From Eledone cirrhosa (taxonomy: Eukaryota), in the NCBI GenBank assembly GCA_964016885.1, contig OZ024742.1, positions 103,726,001-103,790,000 on the forward strand: a stretch of 64,000 nt of DNA. Reading direction: 5' to 3'. How positions within the stretch are numbered: position 1 is the first letter of the stretch; each line of letters starts with the position of its first letter. Made by a program: the position numbers and the translations under genes. This document shows, in pieces, positions 52,269 through 64,000 of the stretch. Below the pieces are notes generated by a model that made no database searches, was not told where the DNA came from, and worked only from the letters and a program-made list of their open reading frames with translations.

Positions 52269-54463
52269 CTGAAGATGGAGAAATAAAACAATATATAAAA
52301 CTGCTACTTTTCTTTTAATTTATTGAAGTTGATCTATGTTTAACCCTTGAAATATCAACCTGCCCCAAACTACCTCAATTAAAATGTTCAAATTTAAATT
52401 CAAGTTTTAGACTGAAATCAGATTATTACATGACAAATGATGAAGGGACTTTTTGGTTCCGAAATATTGGACAGATAAAAGAACAATAACAACAACAAAA
52501 CAAAACAAAAGATTACCAGGTAACTTTTACTTTTCGTTACCTCATCTTACAGTCCATTTTGCATTGTTTAGCTTTCTATCTCTTTCAACGTTATTATATA
52601 CAATGCTTCAAGCAAACTATAACCATTTTATAATAAATAATAATAGATTTCAATAGTTAGTTATTTCACTAAACCACTCATGACTGGATTATTTTGATAA
52701 TTAGAACACACAAGTAGTATATTCATGTTAGAAATATGGCTAGAGAAGGATTAAATTAGTCACCATCAGCTGTAAAGATGCACACACATGTGCAAACACG
52801 GACACATGTACACACATATGCATGCACACACACACACACCCATGTACAAGTGCACACACATACATACACTACAGATGACCTAGGACAATTAAAATTTGCA
52901 AGAAATTTTCAATATTTAAACTTTTCAGCATTTAAACTGGCCATATCTGGCCAGAATTCTCACCTCTTTCTGTTCAAACTGGCTGCTCATACTGACATTA
53001 AGGAATTGTTCTCAAAATAAATAATATCAAAATCTCATAGATTCGATATTATGCAAGATAAAGCCTTTACCACAAAAACACAATAGTATATATAGAGTAA
53101 TGTAAATGCTAACAGGTTAAAGGGAGGCTGAATGGCTGTGCAAAGGAGTAGGAATAGAACAAAACCCTTTCTTTACAACTTTGCCATCAAGCAGATAGCT
53201 GGTTGAAATATGTTCTAACTTAAGAAAAATGAAAACATGCATGCAAACATAGATAGATACAGACAAATATACAGAGAGACATACCTGGCTCAGACAGTCA
53301 TTCAACAAATAAAAATTAAAATGTTTTTTTATCAGTTCTGGCTAATTTGTTTTATAAAAGGATCAATTGGAAAGGTAAATCTGACAGTTCGAAATTCTCT
53401 TTATTTACCACCTCATAAGTGTGAATGCATGTAGCTATAGTGTGCCTATGCATCTATCTATGGTGTGCATACATAAATGTGAACATATGTATGTGTCTAT
53501 AGTGTAGGGGGTGAGCTGGCAGAGTTGTTAAAATGTCAGATAGAATGCTTTGCAGTATTCATTACAGCTTTCTGTGTTCTGAGTTCAAATCCTATTGCAG
53601 TCAACTTTAACCTTCCCTTTCATCCTTTTAAAGTTGATAAAAACATACCAGTTCAGTAATGGGGTCAATTTCTTCTTTATATCTATTTCTCACTTCTTCT
53701 CTATCACTCTCTTTTTCCTTCTATGGAAGAAAGTGACTGATCAGACCTGGTTGTGCATATGTATGTATATGTGCATATGTGTGTAAGTATCTATAGTCAT
53801 TTTATTGAGAGAGAGAGAAGTGGGGAAAGTGTCACCTTTTAGAAAAGTATCCACAACAAAGGAAATGAGCTTGCATCCCTCAAACATAATGTTTGCATCA
53901 AGCCACCCCCACCTCTGCTTCATTACAAACACATACTATTCCCGCCTTACTTAAACCTCTGTCACACACAAACATAAACATACACACACGCACACACACA
54001 CTATTTTTGCTCAATCAAAGGCTTTTATTTACAACTACACACAAACATACACACACACAAACACTATTTTTCACCCAATCAAAAGCTTCTATTTACAACA
54101 GAAAATCACATATCCAACTTTTACATTCGAGAAGTCTGCTTTATGACATCATACACAAACAGTTATACAGTAATCAGATGTTCTTTACACATTTGAAAAG
54201 TGAAGTAAAGTGAATTTGAAGTGGCATTCTTTTTTCAATATCGGACTTACTGTTTTCCAGGATTTAGAGACTAATTTTCTAGGAGGATGGAAGCGATTTA
54301 TCTTCTAATAAAATGGACATGTAAATGACTGCGCATTCCACACATATGTGTACCTTTAATGTAATTCTCGGGTGGAATCAGTGTGACACATTGTGTCAAG
54401 CTGGTCTTTGAATTACATTTTTTCACACTTCAATTTTCCCTCTTTTTTATTCTTTCTTTCTTC

Positions 54464-54509
<46 letters not shown>

Positions 54510-54599
54510 GTCCATTCCTACACTAATCAAACCCTTGCCCTTCATAAACCTGCAACCATCACCACATCACAAACCCATCCCCCACACACTTTCAAGATG

Positions 54600-55420
54600 C
54601 CAATCAGTGTTTCAGCTCAAATGACAAAATATCAACACCCACGTTGCTGAATGCGACACGGCATATGCAACATGGAACCAGCTCGGCCTCCGCCCTGTAG
54701 ATGCCCAGTCCTCCCAAAACAAAGACTCCATCCTTTGCAACACGATTTAATACAGGTGGTGTACCAGCTTCCCAACACCACAGTGGTGCCTGGCTCAACG
54801 CAATTCCATCACTTGCGACTGGCATTCAGCTAGACTGACTGCTTGGTGCATCAGTGTTTCCCTGAAGCTCAGGCTCTGTGAACCTCACAAATGCCACTGT
54901 GGGTCCTTTCGGTCTCCACCCACTGTCATGCTGTTACAGTGCTGGCCACCTCTCACGCCATGCTGCTTTCAATGAGATCATAAAGCATGGCCTGGATGGC
55001 ACAGGCTTCCCTTCCCAGCTCAAGCCAGCAGGGCTGGACTGAGGGATGGCAAAAGGCCAGATGGCATGACGATCTTCACATTCCGCAGGAGTAGGTCCCT
55101 CATCTATGATTCTACATGCTGTGACATCTTCTCTAGTGGCAACATGGTGCGTTCAGCTACCAGTCCAGGCTCTGCTGCCCGCCAGGCTGATGAGGGCAAA
55201 CTATTCAAGTATCGGCTGCTCTCTGATAGTCTTGTGGCAGAGCCTGTAGCAGTGGAGATTTCCAGTGTTCTTGGCCCCCGGCCCACATCGCTGTTCACTG
55301 CTATCGGAGCAGAGTTGGCTGCCTGCAGCTATGAGCCCCGCAAAGTGGAGTAGCTGTTCCAACATGTCTCCCTCATCATCCTCTGGAGAAATGTATTTTC
55401 TATCCTGTTGGCCAGGACCA
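54600..55420 (+). mobile_element. CRE-clade (restriction-like endonuclease) non-LTR retrotransposon 3' fragment
   Basis: Plus-strand translation gives SGAWLNAIPS, CHCG..HPLSC, RHAAFNEII, DGKRPDG.T, K.FKY, PVAVE and LFQHVSL. GC-rich, with stops. Confidence 0.8.
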
Positions 55421-55859
55421 AGAATCAGAGAGTGAGAAAGTTGCAGATGGACGATACTCATTCAGATGTCACACACATACATGCATACATACAGAAAATA
55501 GATATAAAGTATAGACACAGAGATAATTCATTAAATAATGTCAATAGAAGCTGAAGAAAAACAGTGTAAAAATATGTTTTTATGGCTGATAATGAAATTT
55601 ATTTTATCGACACTGGATAAACAAAAATCAAAGCAGGCCTTGATGAAATTTGCCAAATTGAGATATAAAAATAAATATTTGTGTTAATGTTTCTAATCAG
55701 ATAAACATTACAGTAGCTGAAATAGACAACGATAATAGACGCTATATACTATTGAGGAATAGAAAAACACTATATAGTACACAGGTCACAGACACAGTAC
55801 ACAGCTGATTTACACACACACGCATACATACTCACACACATATCTGGTCATCTGGTCCC

Positions 55860-56620
55860 TTCAGCCTCACAGCAACAAGCCACTATGCTCTTCCATCTTT
55901 CTCAGGCAAGTATTGATGCTTGAAACCAGTTTGTGTCACACTTGTGCAAGTCATCTTTTATGGTGGATCTCCATAAAAGATGACGTTTGGTCTTTTCCTA
56001 CCAATTGGCAACCATAACATTGCAGTTGTTACTGGTATATTGTCCCCTATTCATGAAACATGTCCTGCCAGCTGCTTTCTTCCACTCTTGGTGACAAGAC
56101 TCAGGCGTGTGGTATTGGTTCTTCAAAGCACATCTTTATTTATGATCTTGTCTTGCCATCTAATGCCCAGGATCTTTCAGAGGCATCTTTGTTGGAAAGA
56201 ATCAAGCTGATTTTTTCAGTTCTGGCGCTACTCTTCGATATGTTAGCAGTATAGGTTTTCGTTGAGATAACAATTGACCAGAATAACCTCAATTTCATTT
56301 GTGATCTGAGCGTCTTTGATTGCCATATTGATTGGAGTTTGCTGCAGCTTGGGACTCATTGCATTTGCTTTCTAACTAGTTTCTTTTGTTGACCTTGCAA
56401 AACATAACATCTCTGCTAATATCATTATAAATTTGGGTGTATGTCTCAATTTTTTCATCTTTTTGTTTGGTCTTGTTTTAATTTGATTAATTTTCTGTCT
56501 TCAATCAAATTTCAGCCAGGATCCAATATTCTTTGTGAGAGCCTCTTTCTTTGCCAACTGCTGCATTAGTAGCGCCACTGATTGCTTTTTGACATCCTCC
56601 CATTTTTCATTGAGTTCAAA
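55860..56620 (-). mobile_element. Degraded LINE (RTE-like) fragment
   Basis: Remnant endonuclease-linker and C-terminal sequence (WRSTIKDDL, EKWEDVK), no long ORF. Confidence 0.5.
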
Positions 56621-56771
56621 ATCAACTTTTAACACCTTAGCATTTAAACCAGCCATATCCAGCCAGATTTCTCTCATCTCTTTCTGTCCAAACCGGCCGT
56701 AACTAGCCGCTCATACTGATGTTAAAGTATTGTTCTCAAAATAATATCAAAATCTCATGGATTCGATATTA

Positions 56772-57504
<733 letters not shown>

Positions 57505-60344
57505 TGTGAGGTAAAGCCTTTACTGCAAAAATACAACTGTATATATAGAGCAATGTAAATGCTAAAGGGTTAAGGATGCAAATTTTTTGTAAGTTCAATG
57601 CACTATTTTTCAGCTGTCACTTTTAGCTTTGCAATATCGAAAGGGTTTGTAGATGTTGACATTTTTGGACGTTTATGTATATGCATATACATATATACAA
57701 GTCTGTGTGTATATATATATATATATATGTGTGGGTGTGTATCTGTGTGTGTGTGTGTGTGTGTGTAAATAAGCAAGTAGAACTGTCAAATACATAAATC
57801 TGAACATAGATATACCTAGAACACAAAGTAATTATTGAATGGCCCTATATGTAAATAACTATTTTGTTTATCAATAAACAAAACATCTAGTGGATAAGAC
57901 CATCGAATTCAAACCCTTCACTAATACACTCAATAAAACAAAGCCAATCATGAACAAAAATGTCTATACTAGAACTAAGACATCCTTCATAATCCCTACC
58001 TCAGACATCTATATTTCCCAACCCCTAACCTGCTCTAAATATGAGTATGGGAAGACGGACTTTTTAGCCGTCATATTACAGTTTCTGAATAAAAAAAAAC
58101 ATTAAAAAAATATCTTATCTGCAGTGACTAATAATAATATACACTATCTTTGCAGAATAATGTACACCAACTATACCCATTGCCATGACTAACAAATAAA
58201 ATTATTTAAACAAGATCTTTATGGTGTATTGGCGATGACATGACTGCAGCCTCTGGCGTCACGCAGTGATACAGAACTTCCCATGGGTACAAGCCGAAGC
58301 TGAAGCATATAGACAATATGCACCCACCCCCTCCCACTGCAAAGTGGTCGTGGAGGTGCCACGACAAAAAAGCACCCAACCCACACTGTAAAGTGAACAT
58401 GTAGGTGCCACGAAAAAAAAGCACCCAGCACTCACTGTAAATGAAGTTGGTGTTAGGAAGGGCATCCAGCTGTAGACATCAAGCCAGAATCAGTTCCTGT
58501 ATGAGCAAGACAAGGTCAGCCGACTGGACACTGCCCACAACAGGACAACCCGTCTAACCCATGCTAGCGTGGAAGAACGGACGTAAAACGATGATGATAT
58601 ATATATATATATTTATCATCATTGTTTTTACGTCCACTTTTCCACACACACACATACACAATACAGTAGGGATATATCTATATAAGCTTCTTACAGCAAT
58701 CAAATATTCTGCAAATGAAGGGAACCTCAATATGTCATTTGAACCTCTAGACATAGTCATCTATCCTATCCTCCCATCTTAAAAAAGGCCATATTGAATA
58801 CAGTGCTTCTGAGTTCTCTGCACATAGGTAAAAAATGGTATGGTCATAGTTGGAATACCTTTAATCACAGGCTGACCTGGGCCTATACAGCAACAACCAA
58901 ATATTCCAGCCCATCACACAAACTGCTGTTGTCTTCAGTTGTAAGATCACATGTTCCACATTCTAAATCTCACACAATATGAGTCAGGAATCAATAAAGG
59001 ACTTCTTTGGAAATTGACAAATTAATGGCCACATGGAAATGCTGACTAACATACTGCATTGCTGGGCCACTACTGAAGGAAGACTTATAAGCCAACCCTT
59101 ATTTTATATCTGAGAAATAGGCAAAAATCCAAACCTCATTTATGTTATGTTTGAAACACAACATAAATAATGAAAAAGTTATATTACTATAATCTCTCCA
59201 AATTCTTGATTATTTTTCAACATATAGGCAGTGTTTTTATTTTATTAGAAATATGGTAACAAAAGAGTTAATATTGTCTCAAGGGGCTATTTTTCTCATG
59301 TACTTCATGTGTTTTAAATAATGCATGTTTTAAAAATAACCCCAACAGAAAGCATAATAGGCCAGTTTAATCACAACTGTACAAGAGGAACCTAAACATG
59401 ACACAGCACTCTTTCAAGTAATATACACAATGGTACCTAGGTTATCACACTTCTCAAACATTTTAAACTCATTCATTACTTCTTTCTAAGTACAATAACA
59501 CTAGCAGGATAGTAGTGATAGAGGTGGTTGATGGGGAGTGTAAATATGGATAATAGATAGATACTTTAGTACAAACTATTTTCTTATCCCCGAATGTACA
59601 ATCGAGGGGGATCAAATGAGACATTGAACAAAATAATATAGGAACAAACCTAAAATGCCATACAACAATAAAGGTACAATGAATACCACACACATACATA
59701 CATACATATATATATATTGAAAGATCTTTGTACTCCAGGTTAAGATAGTAATTTTATCAGATATTAGAAAGGAAATATTTACCTCATGGCCTCCTCCACT
59801 GTACCACTAAGTAATTATCAATCGCTCTCAACAAGTCAAACACAAAAAAGCACACTAACAGTAAAGAATTGATCAAAGCCCAGAAACGCTCACAATTAGT
59901 GTTTTATCATTAAATATAGTTAATTAAATAATGAGTAATCAGGTTTCTTTACATTAGACATGGCTATTTTTAATTATTGATAATCATCTAAGTATATCAG
60001 ATTAATAATACACCGTATCATTAATAGAAAACAAAAGGAACACATTTAATTCAGTTCAACAAAGCTAAGCATCAAATATTTTACTTTACATGTTTCTTTA
60101 CATTTCAAATTCAGGGGATTGTATAATGTTTGAAATATTTTCTCCATATTTTAATGGAGTCATATTTTGAGATGATGATGTAAAATAATGTAAAAATACA
60201 AATATTTATGTGTGCGCATGCATGTATCAATGTGCGTGTGTATGTATGTATGTATGTATGTATGAATGAATGAATGCATGTGCATCTCAATGTGTGTGTG
60301 TATATGAATGTAAATGTGTGTATATATGTATGTACGTACGTATT

Positions 60345-60833
60345 TGTGTAAAGGACTCATTGAAAAAAACTGGTTTGATGGTGGCTGACTGGGAGATAAG
60401 AGCTCTTGAAAGACAAATTTGGCATAGTATGGTGAATGATGGGTCCATAATTTTGAGGACAGGCGCATAGAGCATAGGAAGAACAAACGCAATGTGCGTA
60501 AGCAATGCCTTGGTATATGTCTTGAAATGATCAGTGTCTCCATTGAATTAGTGTGTCCTGGGTGTCGAAAGGTGTGCTTAAGCAAATCTAGTCTCAGGAG
60601 CCACAGTCGCAGCCATGTTCAGAGAGAACCAGTGAACTATGATCTCCAAGGTATTGCAAAATGTAATGAATGTGGCAGGACCGAAGTGGTATGTGAAGGT
60701 TCACAGGCAACCTGATGCAAGACCTGAGGCCAGGGAGATCCATAGTTGTCATCAATGTGCAAAGGAGTGCAAGTCTCTAGTAGGCTTGAAAAGCTATATC
60801 CGATTGTCACACGTGAATCTGACAAACAATTGA
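60345..60833 (+). mobile_element. RTE-type LINE C-terminus with C2H2 zinc fingers
   Basis: KDSLKK..DWE..ALER..W precedes CPGC..SLRSHSRSH and CHQC..GLKSYIRLSH. Frameshifted. Confidence 0.65.
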
Positions 60834-61905
60834 AATACTATTTTGTGTATGCATCTATAACAACAGTAACAGCACTGACCAGCATTGCTAACATGATTCT
60901 GTGAATGTCATTTGCATAAGGAAGTAAGGAATAATGAAGTAAATCTTTTTACAACTTCAGTTAATGTGGGCACCTCTGCATAGTTGCTTGACTTACTAGA
61001 AATAGCAACCAAATCTCACTCAAATCACATGCTACTGTCTAAAAAAACATATAAAATACATTGCTTAATGTAATTCTAAAAATAAAAATAAACTGGCTCA
61101 AGCTCAAAGGCTCATCAGGCCTGGGCTTATTTTGGTTTCAGTCATACTAAGTGACCGAGTACAAGACTTCTCCACTGGACAAGATGCCAATCCAACATAA
61201 GGTTAACCTCCAGCTATTTGCTGCTGGTATTCATTTTTAGCTGAGTGGAATGGAGCAATGTGAAATGAAGTGCATTTCTCAGAAACACATGGCACCACCT
61301 AGTCCAAGAATCAAACCCATGACATTATGATCATATGTCCAACAGCCTAACCACTAGGCCATGTACCTTCACATTACTGCTAAGCTGATTTTCAGTAGAG
61401 GATTGAAAGATAAAGTCAACTTCAGGAGGATTTGAACAGAACATAAAGAGACAAAAGCTACTAAATACTGTAAGCCATTTCATTTGACACTACGAATTCT
61501 GCTAGGAATAGTAGCGAAATCAACCTCAAATTCCATATTACTGACTTTAACCCTTCAGCATTTAAACCGGCTGTATCCAGCCAGAATTCTTTCACCTCTT
61601 TCTGTTCAAACTGGCTGTAACTGGCTGCTCATACTGATGTTATGGTATTGTTCTCAAAATAAATGTCTCATAGCTTCGATATTATGTGAGGTAAAGTCTT
61701 CACCATAAAAATATAATAGTAAATATAGAGTAATGTAAATGCTAAAGTGTTAATAAAGAAAGATACAGGAGACAATGTAGTTTCTAATATCTAAAAAGAT
61801 GGGTTAGTCAGGGCTGAAACATCTTTGATCATATGTCCATTCAATTAGGAAAGGTCTGGGACTAAACAACAAGTAAACATTAGCAGAGTAAGCAAAGAAA
61901 CTTAC

Positions 61906-62092
61906 CACATTAATGACCGATTCTTTACGAGAAAGTTCTGCTTTATGTCGCGTTTTCAGTTCCTTAATTTCCAAATGTAGCATAGTCCTTTCCTTCTCAA
62001 CATCTGATAGGTTCTCTTCAGCCACTGTACGGGCTATCTGTTCTGATTCTATTGTTGACATGGCAGCTTTCAGGCTTTTATTTAATCTTTCA
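61906..62092 (-). CDS. ROCK: ROCK exon, coiled coil / Shroom-binding region
   Basis: tttaacag|...|gtaag, 187 nt, phase 2->0. ERLNKSLKAAMSTIESEQIARTVAEENLSDVEKERTMLHLEIKELKTRHKAEL resembles ROCK 'DSEQLARSIAEEQYSDLEKEK..ELEIKEM..RHKQEL'. Confidence 0.95.
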
Positions 62093-62571
62093 CTGTTAAA
62101 TACAATAAATACTGTGTCACACATTTCAATAGTCTAAATAATTATAGACACACAAATATATAAGTGTGTTTATGTATTTATATATATACCCATGTCAGTA
62201 TAGACTAGCAGACATATGATGATGTATCTGTGTATAACCAGTTGGTGCCTACACCAGTGATCCGATCCTGATGAAATTTTACACACATGTTAAGCTAATA
62301 TTCAGAAACAGGACTGGCTAATTGGATTTCAATAACAATCAATAATGGAACCCCTGGGGACATCTTTACAATGTAGGAGGAAAGAGAAGACGTTTCAGTG
62401 AGAGAGAGGGAAGAGGAGATACTACTACTGTATGTTAAACCCTCCCTCTTCCCACAACTCAGTCCTCCAAAACGAGGCAACAACTTATTAGAAATATACA
62501 TACAGAAATTTCAAACAAAGTAGACGACAATCTAATTTTGGTTGATGACTGAACAGATGTCTCTGTAGATA

Positions 62572-63640
62572 TCATCATCATCATCATCATCAACGTTTAA
62601 CGTCCGTGTTCCACGCTTGCATGGGTTTGGACGGGGGTAGTCCCACTTGAGGCAAGAGTGATTGTCTTGCTCGCATAGGACTGTCTGGCAGGTTTTCTAC
62701 AGTTGGATGCCCTTCCTAACACCAACCACATTTACAGTGTGGGTCTGGGAGATTTTTACGGTGTTGCCTACACGGCCACATTACAGCGTGGACTGTGTGT
62801 TTTTTTGTCGTGACACCTACACGATCTCATTTGTTTCGGCCTGGATGGTGTGGCACCAACATAACTTTACATAGAAGGGGCGGTGTGGATAGGTGGGGGT
62901 GGTGGGACGGGGGTGTATTTTGTTAGAGATGCCTACCGATTGTAGTAGGTTTTACTATGTATTTAGGTAAGGCGGGTCTTCTCTATTACTGAGTACCGCC
63001 AAGGGTCTCGGTCCAGTGACATTGTCTTGGAGAGGTGTAAGTGTGTGAGGTCAGAGTTTATCAGCTCGTCCCAGGTTTTTCTAGGTCTGTCTATTCCGTG
63101 GCTACCGTCTATCTTTATTGCCCTGCACTTTGTTATACAGCTATCGACTTTCATGCGCATCACGTGTCCATACCAACGTAGCCTTCTCTCGAGTAAACAA
63201 CATCTGATCCCTCTTATTTCTAATTTTTTCCTTAGTTCGTTTATGCTTTGCCGTTCACGTATATTACTATTACACATCCAGCGGAGCATGCAAGCTTCGT
63301 TCCTCTCTAGTCTGCGTATATCCTCTGCACACAATGCCCAGGTCTCACTACCATGCAACATTGCTGTTCGTATGCAGGCATCATACAACCTGCCTTTCAT
63401 TTTTAGGGAGAATCCTTTAGCGGCTAATAGTGGTATAAGCTCTCTGAACTTTTCCCATCCAGTTCTGACTCTAGCTACTGTACTTTCAGAGCACCCTCCC
63501 CCACTGCTGATTTTGTCACCCAGGTAACGGAAGCTGTCCACTATTTCTATAGAGCCCTCTGCGCAGTTGAAAGAGCTAGTATTTTGTGGGCACTTGCTGC
63601 TACTTATTGCACCAGAGCACCGGCCACATGTAAAATCTAT
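62572..63640 (-). mobile_element. RTE LINE family B, nearly identical to 45705-46960, opposite orientation
   Basis: The 192-aa ORF differs from the 45752 ORF at only a few residues, and the 3'UTR is the same. Confidence 0.93.
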
Positions 63641-64000
63641 ACATAGATATACTCAATGTTATCAAAATCTATAGATAGAAAATTTTTTATCCTTTTACCA
63701 ATATCTGGAAGATATGTAATATATGATGCTCTAAAATCATGTATAAAACTTTCACATATACTATAATTAGAATATTATTTGAAAGTAAATATTAGACTAA
63801 ACGCTAAATATAACTATATCTTTAAATAATGTGACTCCGTAAACTAATAAAAATTAGAGTTATCTTTTCCTTTGATAAAAACTTGTTTACATCTAAACTT
63901 TACGAGACATTCAAGCTTAATATAAATATTAAAAATTTGGTAATATTATTTCTATCTTGATACAACTCTAGAATATACAAAATAATATACATCTTCTATA

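Noticed and set aside
55187-55200. CTGATGA hammerhead box (also at ~28952 and ~62268)
   Set aside because: No matching stem II/GAAA/stem III/UH arrangement, so these are chance heptamers.
60494-60833. Host C2H2 zinc-finger gene
   Set aside because: No TGEKP linkers, frameshifted, and preceded by LINE C-terminal motifs.

Overview
AT-rich, repeat-dense eukaryotic DNA, most likely from an octopus (inferred from the RTE LINE, tRNA-SINE and MITE families). The main gene is the 3' half of Rho-associated protein kinase (ROCK) on the minus strand. I traced ten phase-compatible GT-AG coding exons from 62092 down to 26966, covering coiled coil, Rho-binding domain and split PH/C1. One of them lies almost entirely in a 200-N gap. 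A probable terminal exon starts at 20198, with a 3'UTR carrying a 54-bp minisatellite. Introns and flanks hold RTE-clade LINEs (PHD-like finger inside the RT), a CRE-like element, SINEs, TTAA- and TA-flanked MITEs and a Helitron. Signals not explained by these features: (i) two near-canonical type I hammerhead ribozymes (2266-2316, 47346-47430), each in one arm of a TA-flanked inverted repeat, plus several decayed ones, pointing to Penelope-like/retrozyme families; (ii) candidate extra ROCK exons (24-nt microexon, 54-nt cassette, CpG-rich internal first exon, alternative C-termini); (iii) foldbacks and inverted LINE pairs that could form dsRNA or circRNA. Everything was read by eye with no database search, so repeat boundaries are approximate.
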